Under the pieces are notes generated by a model. That model was given only the letters and a program-made list of their open reading frames with translations, was not told where the DNA came from and ran no database searches. Positions 39,708 through 50,107 of a stretch of DNA of 64,000 bases are shown here, piece after piece (the stretch's first letter is position 1; every line of letters begins with the position of its first letter). The DNA is from Nitrospirales bacterium (GTDB lineage Bacteria; Nitrospirota; Nitrospiria; Nitrospirales; UBA8639). The translations under genes and the position numbers were made by a program. The stretch covers positions 1,600,001 through 1,664,000 of the forward strand of contig CBDCWC010000002.1 in assembly GCA_965223295.1 (NCBI GenBank), given 5' to 3'.

Positions 39708-42179
39708 ATGGACGCAATTCACCAAAACGCTACGACGTCTTCACGAAAAACGGGTCTCACGAAAAAACTGGTGTTGTCCATGTTGCTCGTTGGCGCTCTG
39801 CCTTTGCTGATCGGACTGCTCTTGGCCTTTTACCAAGGCACTCAAAAAATTCGTGAAGTCAACGGCGCAAGTTTTGAGGCACTTGGCAGTGAAACTGCCA
39901 GAAAATTGGATCTAGTCGTCGGAGACGAACTCTCTCGTACCGCAAACCTCACCACCAATATACAGATTATTGAAGAACTCGAAGCTCGGCGCGATGCGTT
40001 AGCTGAACTGGATGTCGAACAACGTTCCGCGCTACTCGAACAGGAACGCCGCCGGTGGAAAGAACAGGACCCTGATTTTTTGGCGCGTCTCACGTCGGGA
40101 CCGATCGTTGACATCTTACAACAGCATATGGGCGGGTCGTATATTGATCCGGGACATCCCGTCCCCATCATTTCCCGATCGGCCACGCGCGCGCTGTACA
40201 TTACAGATCTTGCTGGACGAATTGTGGCCGGTCTCGATACACAGATGCCCTACGTCCAACGCGACGCTTCTTGGTGGACAGGTGCCTTTCACAACGGAGT
40301 GGGTCAGCCCTACCTCAGCCCAATCAGTTTCAACGAACAATTCAAGACATTTACCTTTACGCTTGCCCTACCCATTATGGATAGCTTGCGATACGAAGCA
40401 ATCGGCATCATACGCCGCGTGTATGAGGCCAAGGAATTTTTTGCTCCTTCTATCGACACTGTTCGTTTTGGAGAAACCGGGCATGTCATGCTCATTGACA
40501 GTCAGGGCTTCGTCCTCAGCTGTCCCATTCTCCCAACCGGAACGAAGATCAGCAATGAACACCTTATCGCATCTGTCACCCCCATCCAGGCTGGCTGGAT
40601 ACAAGCCGAGACTGACGGGCATGGTGGCAACCAAACCTCTATTATTGGGTTTGCTCCTTTGACCAATACCAGCCGCATCACCCACGATTCCACTGAGACA
40701 AGCTGGCATATGTTTGTGTGGCAGTCATCAGAGGAATTGTTTGGCCCAATCGAACAGTTCTTTACATGGACGGCAGCGTTCGGGTTGTTAGGCGTTGCAC
40801 TGCTCGTCACGCTAGGCTATCTGGCCGCTCATCGCATTGCGGCACCTATTCGTCAACTGCAAGAAGCGACACGACGCATTGGACGGGGAGAATTCCAAGA
40901 ACCCATCATCATTTCCACCGGTGATGAAATTCAAGAACTTGCAGAAGAAATCAACCGGATGAACAAACAGCTAGCTTCTCAATTTGCTGGCTTAGAAAGT
41001 CAAGTGGAGTTAAAAACTCAAGAAGTCAAATATATCCAGGAATCTACCTCTCAAATTTTAGACAGTGTGCCTGACCCCATCATCATGCTTACACCCCAAA
41101 CCACGATTGAATACCTAAATGAGGCATCGAAAGAAGCTCTTGCACCATCAGTGAATGGTACCGCAATTGGAACACCACTATTCCAAATATTAAACATTGA
41201 TTCGGGAACCCAGGCCAAACTCGAGGAAGAATTTCAGAACCTTCACGCCTCATCCCATGAGCCTGCCTCATCTTCACACCTTGCCGAAGAGCTGAGAGAT
41301 CCTCTCGCCCAAACCGGATGGGACACCCCGGAAGCGAAACGCCAGGAGATTCGTCTGCATCACCGAATATTCCGCTATCGATGGTTTACCGTGAAAGGGG
41401 CACCGGGAAGAGAAGCAGGCATTGGCCTTGTCCTTCGAGATACCACTGAAGAAAGCCTGCTACAAGACAAACTGATCCAAGGGGAAAAATTAGCAAGCCT
41501 CGGCGTCTTGAGCGCCGGCATCGGACATGAACTCAACAATCCCTTGGTGGGAGTCATTGGGTTAGGTGAGGCCATTCAGGATGAAGGCGATATCGACAAT
41601 ATGAAAGGATACGCCAAAGATATCGTGCAACATGGCAAACGCATGGCCTCCATTATCCGGGACTTGACCGGACAATTGGGCAATCAATTTGCCGAAGCAA
41701 AAAATCCCGTCAATATCAATGATCAGCTAACGCATGCTGTGAACGTTGTCCAGGCCCAATTCCCAGCAGCGGCTGTGACGGTCAACACCAACTTTGAACC
41801 ATTGCCATCTTTTCCGGCTAAGCCCCACGAACTGTCTCAAGCGTTTACGAATATCCTGACCAACGCCTTTCAAGCTATAGAAGGCACTGGAACCATCGAC
41901 ATCAGCACAATGGTTCATGAGGACGCAATCCGTATTCACATTACCGATACGGGATCCGGCATCAGCCCAGCACATCTCCCCAAAGTGTTCGATCCATTTT
42001 TCACAACCAAAGCTCAAGGGGAAGGGTCTGGTCTTGGCCTGACTGTCGCTTATCGAATTGTGACAAAATTAGGTGGGCAGATTCACTTGGAAACGCATAC
42101 TGGAGCAGGCATCACCTGTCATATCAGTTTCCCCATCATGGCCAAACAACCAGTACAACCAAAGGAACACGGATCATGA
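39708..42179 (+). CDS. Membrane sensor histidine kinase (Cache-HAMP-PAS-HisKA-HATPase)
   Basis: Two TM helices flanking a Cache-like domain, HAMP (PIRQL..GDEIQELA), GIGHELNNP, GSGLGL. Confidence 0.9.
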   Translation: MDAIHQNATTSSRKTGLTKKLVLSMLLVGALPLLIGLLLAFYQGTQKIREVNGASFEALGSETARKLDLVVGDELSRTANLTTNIQIIEELEARRDALAELDVEQRSALLEQERRRWKEQDPDFLARLTSGPIVDILQQHMGGSYIDPGHPVPIISRSATRALYITDLAGRIVAGLDTQMPYVQRDASWWTGAFHNGVGQPYLSPISFNEQFKTFTFTLALPIMDSLRYEAIGIIRRVYEAKEFFAPSIDTVRFGETGHVMLIDSQGFVLSCPILPTGTKISNEHLIASVTPIQAGWIQAETDGHGGNQTSIIGFAPLTNTSRITHDSTETSWHMFVWQSSEELFGPIEQFFTWTAAFGLLGVALLVTLGYLAAHRIAAPIRQLQEATRRIGRGEFQEPIIISTGDEIQELAEEINRMNKQLASQFAGLESQVELKTQEVKYIQESTSQILDSVPDPIIMLTPQTTIEYLNEASKEALAPSVNGTAIGTPLFQILNIDSGTQAKLEEEFQNLHASSHEPASSSHLAEELRDPLAQTGWDTPEAKRQEIRLHHRIFRYRWFTVKGAPGREAGIGLVLRDTTEESLLQDKLIQGEKLASLGVLSAGIGHELNNPLVGVIGLGEAIQDEGDIDNMKGYAKDIVQHGKRMASIIRDLTGQLGNQFAEAKNPVNINDQLTHAVNVVQAQFPAAAVTVNTNFEPLPSFPAKPHELSQAFTNILTNAFQAIEGTGTIDISTMVHEDAIRIHITDTGSGISPAHLPKVFDPFFTTKAQGEGSGLGLTVAYRIVTKLGGQIHLETHTGAGITCHISFPIMAKQPVQPKEHGS

Positions 42180-42772
42180 AACAACACAGCCTGAATCGTT
42201 GTCTGCTAACACTCATGTTCTTGACCTGTCTAGACATCGGCCTCACTCAAGGGATGCAGGGTTCCGATCACTCGCCCTCTCCAGGACTGTCTCCCGAGAA
42301 AGTAGCGGATTACGTGCATTCCATTGTCGAAGCCGATCGAAAGATCTACAGCACCTATGTGGTCAAACGCATGCAAGAAAAAGGAATCGTTTTGGCTCGA
42401 GAGGATTGGGAAAGTAAGAACGGCATACCGCTACCGGCCCAATTTCTTCATTATTCCAGCAAACTTGTGGCTGAATCTGGACATGGCATCAGATTCCGCC
42501 TCATCAGTCTCTGGCCCATTCAACAACGCAACGGCCCTGCCACGGAATTTGAGCGAAAGGGTCTTGAACAGCTACAAGATTCACCGAACGTTCCACAACG
42601 AAACATCGTCACCAGTGGAAAAAAGAAATTCTTTCAAGCTATTTATGCCGATACAGCCATCTCCACAGCTTGCATATCCTGCCACAACACCCATCCTCTC
42701 AGTCCCAAACGAGACTTTCAAATTGGAGACCTCATGGGAGGGGTGGTCATTACAATTCCATTAGAACCATGA
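42176..42772 (+). CDS. Periplasmic Tll0287/DUF3365-like c-type heme protein
   Basis: Signal-like N-terminus, PLPAQF, FRLISLWPI, CISCH heme motif, GDLMGGVVITIP; start overlaps the kinase stop. Confidence 0.82.
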   Translation: MKQHSLNRCLLTLMFLTCLDIGLTQGMQGSDHSPSPGLSPEKVADYVHSIVEADRKIYSTYVVKRMQEKGIVLAREDWESKNGIPLPAQFLHYSSKLVAESGHGIRFRLISLWPIQQRNGPATEFERKGLEQLQDSPNVPQRNIVTSGKKKFFQAIYADTAISTACISCHNTHPLSPKRDFQIGDLMGGVVITIPLEP

Positions 42773-42805
42773 AACGTATGGCTCTGAAAGTCTCATTCCT
42801 TCGTC

Positions 42806-43174
42806 TTACCCCATACTATAGAAAAACTCTTCCCGGACAATTTTGTCGTTCTCTACGGCATATAAGCCCATTTCTTCCATCGCCATTCGCTTTCCCGTAT
42901 GCTTGGGTGTGACATCGAACTTAAAATAGACAATAAAACGATTCTCATGAGGGAAGGGACCCTGAACATCTCCACCATGCACTTCATGATTATCGACCCA
43001 CCATTGGTTTTTCCCTTTGATGGCTTCTATTCCTTTCTGTGTTTGATCCATCCCTGGCATCGCAGAAGCTTCAACACTCACAACATCCGCAGAATAAAAT
43101 TTTTCGATGGCTTCAAGATTTTTCCCTTGCTTGCATAGGGCCACAAGTTCTGTTCCGAGTTCTTTGGTATCCAT
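42806..43174 (-). CDS. SnoaL/NTF2-like protein
   Basis: FYSADVVSVE, MEEMGLYAVENDKIVREEFFY. Confidence 0.82.
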   Translation of the reverse strand: MDTKELGTELVALCKQGKNLEAIEKFYSADVVSVEASAMPGMDQTQKGIEAIKGKNQWWVDNHEVHGGDVQGPFPHENRFIVYFKFDVTPKHTGKRMAMEEMGLYAVENDKIVREEFFYSMG

Positions 43175-43370
43175 GATTGCTCCTTTCGAAAAAATGGATG
43201 AAGGAATGAGAATATCTTCTTTCTTTATATATTCTTTCTCTTCGACCTTTTCAAAGAAAGAGTACCGATTCTATACTTGGAAGCCAAGCCCTTCCCCACG
43301 TCATAATTTTAATGGTCAGTCATCGTAGTTTTCTTTGCACCTCTAGGGCTCAGTATGGAATAGTCCAAAT

Positions 43371-44879
43371 ATGTCCCACGTCATCTGCCTGCTCCTTCTT
43401 GCAATTTTTGGGAATCTTTCACCTGCAATCGGGAAGGAAGCATCTTTCGCCGATAAGAAAAAAACTCTCGATTCCATTGCACGTATTCTGCATCATATTC
43501 AAGACTTAAGCCACCCGTCTCATCAAGGGCGCCAAGCTGGAACAAGAGGAGGAGAACAATCAGCTCGTTACGTCGCAAAGAAGTTTCAAGACTTGAACCT
43601 GGTCCCCACAACTCATGGTAGACACCCCCACTCTGACAACAATATCTTTCAATATGATCCACGTTTGACCGCAATACAAATTCTTGAACCCACTACCGTT
43701 CAACTGTTTCCCCTTCCAAGTCAGGCATCCTCAACATCTTCGTCTCTACAGATTGGTCGGGATTACCTGCCGATCCTCGACTCTCCTTCAGTCAACCTCA
43801 CCGCTCCTTTGATCTTTGTTGGTTACGGAATCGATGACCCTGCTAGAGGCCTCGATGAGTACAACAATGTTGATGTTAACAATCGAGTCGTCCTCTTTCT
43901 TCGAGGAAAACCTCCAAGATACCCTCAATGGGTCACACTGGAAGAAAAAGTACAGACGGCTCAGGAGAGAGGTGCCGCAGCGTATTTAACTGTGACCGGT
44001 CCTGTGCTGAACCCCTACCAAGCTCGAAAAGGGCTGAAACAAAAACCTCTGGCGATTTATCCATCGACACCTGAAACTCGTCCCATACCAGGTGCGTGGA
44101 TCCGCGGGAAGACATTCGATGATGTCTTGGACTCCATTCATGAATCCTTAGAGTCGTGGCAACAACAAGCGAATAAAGTGCCCGGACAAGTGAGTCGCCC
44201 CGTACCTCTTGTGGCACACCTCTCCTGGGACATCCTCCAAAAACCCGGTGCACTCATCAATGTCTTAGGTCTCATGTTGGGAAACGATCCTGACTTACGT
44301 AATGAACTCATCCTCATAGGCGCCCATCGCGATCACTTTGGAGAACAAGCTGGGCTGAAATTTCTAGGAGCGGATGATAATGCCTCTGGAACCGCAGTAA
44401 TGTTAGAGCTTGCCAGGCAGTTGACAGAACGTAGAATCAAACCCAAACGAAGTCTTCTTTTTGTCTCTTTTGATGGGGAAGAACGAGGATTGCTCGGATC
44501 CAAGCATTATGTCCAAAACCCACTCTGGCCGTTAGAAAAAACTGTGGCCATGATCAATCTCGATCACGTGGGAGTGGGAAACGGAAAACTCACGGTTGGA
44601 ATAACACAGCTAGACAAATCTCTAGCCAAACAAGCCGAGAAACGGGCAGGGCTAGCAGAAAAAACCAATATCTACGGATATTTTCCTGGCGGAGACCATG
44701 TGCCATTTTACAAAGCGGGTGTCCCAACCATCACAATCGTCAGTGCGGGTGTGCATCCGCACTTCCATCAATCCTCCGACACCGCCAAAACCATCAATCC
44801 AGAAATTTTAAAAACAGCCACATTATTCACTATGCATCTTATCGAAATCCTCGCAAATCCCTCGTCACCAGTTCAATAA
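43371..44879 (+). CDS. Secreted M28 metallopeptidase with PA domain
   Basis: Signal peptide; GRQAGT, FVGYGI (PA domain), GAHRDH, GADDNASG, GEERGLLGS, INLD, GDHVPF. Confidence 0.9.
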   Translation: MSHVICLLLLAIFGNLSPAIGKEASFADKKKTLDSIARILHHIQDLSHPSHQGRQAGTRGGEQSARYVAKKFQDLNLVPTTHGRHPHSDNNIFQYDPRLTAIQILEPTTVQLFPLPSQASSTSSSLQIGRDYLPILDSPSVNLTAPLIFVGYGIDDPARGLDEYNNVDVNNRVVLFLRGKPPRYPQWVTLEEKVQTAQERGAAAYLTVTGPVLNPYQARKGLKQKPLAIYPSTPETRPIPGAWIRGKTFDDVLDSIHESLESWQQQANKVPGQVSRPVPLVAHLSWDILQKPGALINVLGLMLGNDPDLRNELILIGAHRDHFGEQAGLKFLGADDNASGTAVMLELARQLTERRIKPKRSLLFVSFDGEERGLLGSKHYVQNPLWPLEKTVAMINLDHVGVGNGKLTVGITQLDKSLAKQAEKRAGLAEKTNIYGYFPGGDHVPFYKAGVPTITIVSAGVHPHFHQSSDTAKTINPEILKTATLFTMHLIEILANPSSPVQ

Positions 44880-45241
44880 AAGGACTCATCGAGTCATAAA
44901 ATTTTCGCTTTCCCTCCTCTTCCCCATCATTTTCAATTTTGGGGCAGACCTTAGATCCTTTTTCGGAAACAACTGTTGCATCCTTCGGGACGCGCCATAC
45001 AACAAGCTCGCTTTCCAAGAAGAACCCTGAAAGAAAACTTGGGGTTCTGACTGACATCCCCCAGATTCCAGTTTGATAAATAACACAAAGATCAAGTAAT
45101 GAAATCTAACAGATAATCTGACCTATCTTTTCCTTGAAATACCCTAGATGTAACCGACAAGGGATTGAAAGAAAAAAGTCTTGAGTAAGAATCAAGGTTC
45201 GTTTCTTCTATTAAATTGAACTATTCAATATCATTAATCTT

Positions 45242-46284
45242 ATGACCAACACCCCTCCGCAACCCATTACCCTCGACGCCAACACATTAAATGAGGATTT
45301 CGTTCAAGAAACGATGAGCTGGCTATCATCGAAAACCACCGAAGACTTGAAGCGCATCTTAACCGAAGAAACCAACCAGCCAGAAACCTATGCCCCTGAA
45401 ATCATTGAAGCCGCTCAACGCATCTTGGCCACTCGCCATGAATTGAACTACACTTCCACCTTAGGGAAATACTTCCCCCATTTTTTTGGACAAGAGGTAG
45501 AAGCCAAACTACCAGGAGGAGGAATACACAACTTCACATCACATAACGAGTTACGAAACGCTATTCTTGAGGGCAGAATCCCAAAAGATACATTCGTTCG
45601 CCCAATAGGACAAAAACCGGAAAAGTCATTCACAAAAGAGGCCCATTCGGAATCGGAATGGACACCTCTTCAAATATATAACAATTTTTCCGCTCTTTAT
45701 ACCCCAATTTTGTTTTCCATTAAATGGGGAGTATTTTGGGTATATATCTTGCGTTCGGAATAGTAAGCGGACAGCTCAACCTCTTTCCTTTCCTTCATAC
45801 TTTTAATAACTATTCATTTGTCCTGATAGATGAATTTCTTTTTTCTCTCTTCCTTCTCTTTGGCTTAATGGCCTGGTTGTTTTGGGATCCAAGTCAAAAA
45901 AAAGAATGGATTTCTTCTATTAAATTCCCTGTCAGCGCATTGATCCTCATTAGCGTTTTTAACCTTGGAGAATTTTATTTCGGGATCAACACCTGGGAAG
46001 GATGGGAATTCAGAAATTTTATGTGGGAAGTCTTTTGGATAATTGCATTGTTAATCCATAGCGCGATCTTTGGTGGGCCTCTTGGAGCTATACTTGGAAC
46101 GGGTGTTGGCTACGTGCGATCTAAAAATTTTCCTAAGGCTCCCAATGCCGAAGCAGAAGGCATTAGGCCCTATCGAATTGGCTTATTGTATCCTGTTATC
46201 TTCATGCTCATAGCGTGGCCAATTACTTACTTCTGGCTTTATCCCTGGCTTCTGACTTCCTTCCCAAATCCCATCGGGCAATAA
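45242..46284 (+). pseudogene. Membrane protein gene apparently split by a frameshift (ORFs 45242..45763 and 45724..46284)
   Basis: The ORFs overlap; one extra G in the GGGG run at 45726-45729 gives a continuous ...SIKWGSILGIYLAF... frame. Could also be two genes or a sequencing error. Confidence 0.5.
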
Positions 46285-46484
46285 CTTTTCTACAATTGGC
46301 TTAGGATGGATTCCCACTACAAACTGCGTGAATAACGACGATGAATGAGTAGGGATTCTCACCTTTCATACCCAGCCTTGCACACTTTTCCCTATACATT
46401 TCCCCAACATTTATTAGGAAAATACATTTTTAATGATAACGCATTAGATATGATGCTGTCCCTTTTACCTTGAATGACTCGCCT

Positions 46485-46664
46485 GCAGATTGGCTCCCCG
46501 GACTGACGCTCAATTTAAGAGGCGAACCTTGTTTGAGCCCTGCGAGTTGGGTCGCCCCACGAAGCTTGCGTCAACAGGAATATCTGTGGCCAAACTGGGC
46601 GAGAATGGTTTTGGGCCCTTTTGCCGAAACAAAAGGGCCTCGGCTGCCGGGCCGAAACCCGGCA
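46485..46664. repeat. Structured palindromic intergenic element
   Basis: Nested pairings TGACGC/GCGTCA and GGCGA/TCGCC, plus two hairpins with identical CCGAAA loops (46614-46639, 46645-46664). Confidence 0.55.
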
Positions 46665-46728
46665 ACACTCAAAAATGCCAATAAAGTCAGATTAAGAGAA
46701 TACGAAGTGGAAATTGGGGAGAATATAT

Positions 46729-47358
46729 TTAATGTTTTACTTTCTCCACCTTCTTTTCTTTAATCACTTCAATTTCTAATTTGAGATTAACTTCGTCACC
46801 CACCATCAATCCACCGTTGTCTAATAATTTGCTGAATTTCATTCCAAAGTCTTTTCGATTGAGTTTCCCCTCTGCCGTAAATCCAGCCCGGGTATTGCCC
46901 CAAGGATCTTCCGCTACGCCATTAAAGGTTCCTACCAGCGTAATTTCCTTGGTGACGCCTAATAGAGTAAAGTCACCAATCGCCGTATATTGATCACCAG
47001 ACTTGGTATAACTTTTCATTTTGTAGGTCATGGTTGGAAAGGTCTTAACATCGAAAAAATCGGCGCTCTGCAAATGATCATCACGCTTTTGATGATCGGT
47101 GGTAACTGACGCCGTTTGGATCACCGCTTCAATTGTCTTAAATTCCTGCTTTTCCGCATCCATCTCGACTTTCCCTGTGTACTCTGTAAATTTTCCCTTG
47201 GTCTTTGATACCACCATGTGAACGACGTCAAACCCTAGGGTCGTGTGGTCTTTATCCAACTTCCATGTAGCCATTTCCGCTGCAGCCGTTGCCACAACAC
47301 CTCCAAACAGACAAACGGCCAACCCCACAGACAAGGTCATACTCCTCATGATTTGCAT
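46729..47358 (-). CDS. YceI-family lipid/polyisoprenoid-binding periplasmic protein
   Basis: Signal peptide; WKLDKDHT, RDDHLQSADFFD, DPWGNTRAGF, LNRKDFG. Confidence 0.93.
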   Translation of the reverse strand: MQIMRSMTLSVGLAVCLFGGVVATAAAEMATWKLDKDHTTLGFDVVHMVVSKTKGKFTEYTGKVEMDAEKQEFKTIEAVIQTASVTTDHQKRDDHLQSADFFDVKTFPTMTYKMKSYTKSGDQYTAIGDFTLLGVTKEITLVGTFNGVAEDPWGNTRAGFTAEGKLNRKDFGMKFSKLLDNGGLMVGDEVNLKLEIEVIKEKKVEKVKH

Positions 47359-47446
47359 TGCAAGTCCTCCTTTGAATTTTTAAGAACACCAGCCGACTCG
47401 TGATTATTTCCTATTTACCATCTTCCCGCGTTGAACTGGACTCGTT

Positions 47447-48070
47447 CTACTCCATTTGAAGAAATTGATCTATCGCGAGGGTCAGATCTTCAGCAGCTTG
47501 ATAGCCATGCATAACTGTGGAGACAGCATCATCCCGACGACCAAGTAAGGTGGGGAAACCATTTACTCCTAATTGCCGGACTTGATCAAATTCTTCCCAG
47601 ACCAGGCGTTTCGTCTGTGGGTCTTGAAAGACTTGACGAAACTGATCACCTTCCAGGCCTAGCTTCAATGCCACATCTTCTAACACCTCTAATTTTGTTA
47701 CATCCACATTCCTCACGTAAAAAGCTTCTTGAATATGTTTCAAGAAAGCCCATTCTTTTGAATAGGCAAGTTGTCGCATGACAAAAACAGCCCGGGATGC
47801 TGGCTCGGTATCATAGGTAAACGTTTGTCCCATCTGAAATTCAAAGTTAAAGGGCTGGCTGGTCCGTTCATGCACAGCATGCCAATGTTGCAAGATATAA
47901 GCACGCCTGGATTCATCAAAACGTTCCGTATTGCCTGGTCGCAAGCCCCCTAGCATCAAATAAAAGGGCACCTGATCTTCATAGCGACGTCGAATCTGTT
48001 CCAGAACTGGCGAAAACCCCCAGCACCAAGAACACATTGGATCCGCAATGTAGATGAGCGCCATCGACAT
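47447..48070 (-). CDS. DsbA-family (FrnE-like) thioredoxin-fold protein
   Basis: DPMCSWCWGF and GVNGFPTL. Confidence 0.88.
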   Translation of the reverse strand: MSMALIYIADPMCSWCWGFSPVLEQIRRRYEDQVPFYLMLGGLRPGNTERFDESRRAYILQHWHAVHERTSQPFNFEFQMGQTFTYDTEPASRAVFVMRQLAYSKEWAFLKHIQEAFYVRNVDVTKLEVLEDVALKLGLEGDQFRQVFQDPQTKRLVWEEFDQVRQLGVNGFPTLLGRRDDAVSTVMHGYQAAEDLTLAIDQFLQME

Positions 48071-48146
48071 AATTGAGCACACGTCCTTAGTTCTGACATA
48101 TCATCCCAATTTTTTTTAAAAAGAACAATGAAACAACCTTTTGCGC

Positions 48147-48746
48147 TTACCACACTCGAAAGACTTGCCCATTCAAACGACCTTCAACGCTTTTGCTATA
48201 AGCTTTGGCAACCTTCCACCCAGGAACCGGAACATGTCCACGAAAGAATGTCCCGATTCTTTCCATTGATTCTTCCAACACACCTGGACTCACAGCATTT
48301 ATGCGTAATCCTCTGGGCATCTCAATGGACGCACCTAGAACAAATCCTTCAACTGCTGAATTAATAGGGGTGACGGCCGCGCCACCTGGAATGGGATCCT
48401 GACTCAAAATTCCACTCGTCAATGTAAACGACCCACCATCATGCAGCCACTCGATCCCAAGCTGAACGAGATTAACCTGTCCCATGAACTTACTATTCAA
48501 GCCAATATCAAACTCTTTCCTTGTCAACGAAGCTAATGGACCAAAATGCGCATGGCCAGCAGTAGCAACCACAGCATCCACTTTCCCTATTGTCTGATAC
48601 ATCTTTTGAATAGAATCTTGTACTGCCATATCTACCTGCACGTCGCCTCGATTACCGCCAACCTTCACGATTTCATGCCGCCCTTCTAACTCATTCGTTA
48701 CGGCACTCCCAATTGTCCCTGTTGCTCCTACAACAATAATTTTCAT
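48147..48746 (-). CDS. Short-chain dehydrogenase/reductase
   Basis: GATGTIG, SKFMGQVNLV, RINAVSPG. Confidence 0.9.
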   Translation of the reverse strand: MKIIVVGATGTIGSAVTNELEGRHEIVKVGGNRGDVQVDMAVQDSIQKMYQTIGKVDAVVATAGHAHFGPLASLTRKEFDIGLNSKFMGQVNLVQLGIEWLHDGGSFTLTSGILSQDPIPGGAAVTPINSAVEGFVLGASIEMPRGLRINAVSPGVLEESMERIGTFFRGHVPVPGWKVAKAYSKSVEGRLNGQVFRVW

Positions 48747-48911
48747 GTTGACGTCTCCAGAAATTTAATGACTGACCCGATTTATTTGGTGCATTGCCAA
48801 TCAAGCGCATTCTTCCCCTTCATGCCAACCTTCGTCCCTCTTCGCAACGAAGTCCTCAATTGCAAGGAGCTCTGAAATTTCGTTTGACGGGTCAATACGA
48901 TACTCATCGTT

Positions 48912-49370
48912 TCACGAAGAAGTTTGTCGCCGGCAACTATCACGGAGCCGAATCAAGAGGTCTTGCATGACCCGTACCTCTTGTTTGGTGATAGCCCGTT
49001 CAAAGTAGGGACGCATGACATCTGCATGTGCAGGAAACACATTTCGGTAGAGACTCTCTCCCTTTCGTGTCAAACAAACATGCGTCGCACGTCGATCATG
49101 AGGCACTGCTTGCCGCTCAAGCAATCCTTTCGCCTCTAATCGATCAATGATGCCCGTCAAACTGGCTTTGGCCAGCAAGGTCGATTGTGATAATTCCATA
49201 CATGTCATCCCATTGGTGCCACCGAGTTCAGCCAGGACGTCAAATTGAGGTGGTGTCAATCCTAGCGTACGGATATGCCGGTCACCTACCTGAAAAATCG
49301 CTTGATAAGCCTCCACAAGTGGTCGAAGAAGCTTTAAATAGGGATCGTCTTTCAAATCAAACACGTCCAT
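48912..49370 (-). CDS. MarR-family transcriptional regulator
   Basis: GLTPPQFDVL, LTGIIDRLEAKGLLER, DRRATHVCLTRKG. Confidence 0.92.
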   Translation of the reverse strand: MDVFDLKDDPYLKLLRPLVEAYQAIFQVGDRHIRTLGLTPPQFDVLAELGGTNGMTCMELSQSTLLAKASLTGIIDRLEAKGLLERQAVPHDRRATHVCLTRKGESLYRNVFPAHADVMRPYFERAITKQEVRVMQDLLIRLRDSCRRQTSS

Positions 49371-49385
49371 AATGTTTTTACATAT

Positions 49386-49405
49386 ATAGTTTAAATATGA
49401 ACTAT
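49386..49405. promoter_or_regulatory. Putative MarR operator
   Basis: Palindrome ATAGTT-N8-AACTAT 16-35 bp upstream of the MarR ATG. Confidence 0.55.
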
Positions 49406-49729
49406 TTTCAACAAATCTGACCCAGTCCATATCTGTCCGCCTTCTTCATCACTCAGATGATCTTCTTAAGATTCCACTATCCAAGGCCGTGGCGCCCATG
49501 CCCTAACAGACAATCCCAAGGCCACGGTACCTCGGCTTCGGAAAATCTGGGAGAGAACAAACGCTGGAGAGAGCACCAGAGAAATTTGTCTTGTTGAAAG
49601 AAGAACTCAATCAGGTCGATGGAGTGGCTCGATCCGAAGTCTTTTCTGCCGCTCAATAAAGTCAGCAATCTCTGGCACTTTATCTTTTTTCGGAAACACT
49701 GGGTTTACTTTCAGCAAATGTAGGTAGCA

Positions 49730-50068
49730 TCAAGTCTTCCAAAACACGGTGAGCCAGATTGTCTCTTCATCCGGAACAGTCCAGGCAACTCGATGTTTGG
49801 TATGTGCTGGCAAGTGACAGGGATCCCCTGGACCTAAGGTCACGAACTGCTCTTGTCCCTTAATTTGAAGTTGTGCTTTCCCAGCAAGAACAACCACCCA
49901 TTCATGTTCCTCCTGGTCATACCAAAAATCAGGTGGAGATACATGCCCCTTGGAAACAATACGCTCTATCCGAACGGAAGATGATACGACCAACTGCTCA
50001 ATCAATTCCTCTGGACAACGCTCAGGAATATTCTGAAAAATATTTGTGAGGGTTTTCTTCGTTTCCAT
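49730..50068 (-). CDS. Cupin-domain protein
   Basis: VRIERIVSKGH, WYDQEEHEWV, PAHTKHRVAWT. Confidence 0.85.
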   Translation of the reverse strand: METKKTLTNIFQNIPERCPEELIEQLVVSSSVRIERIVSKGHVSPPDFWYDQEEHEWVVVLAGKAQLQIKGQEQFVTLGPGDPCHLPAHTKHRVAWTVPDEETIWLTVFWKT

Positions 50069-50107
50069 TTTCAAGGCTTATTCAGACATGTCCCGGTCAT
50101 TCACATA

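Noticed and set aside
44886-45095. Short ORFs downstream of the M28 peptidase
   Set aside because: No recognisable motif or RBS; likely spurious or an unidentifiable remnant.
46306-46336. TGGATTCCC...GAATAAC resembling a decayed REP
   Set aside because: Too degenerate, and only one copy in the window.
49477-49668. Possible gene remnant between MarR and the cupin gene
   Set aside because: No frame gives a motif I can identify with confidence.
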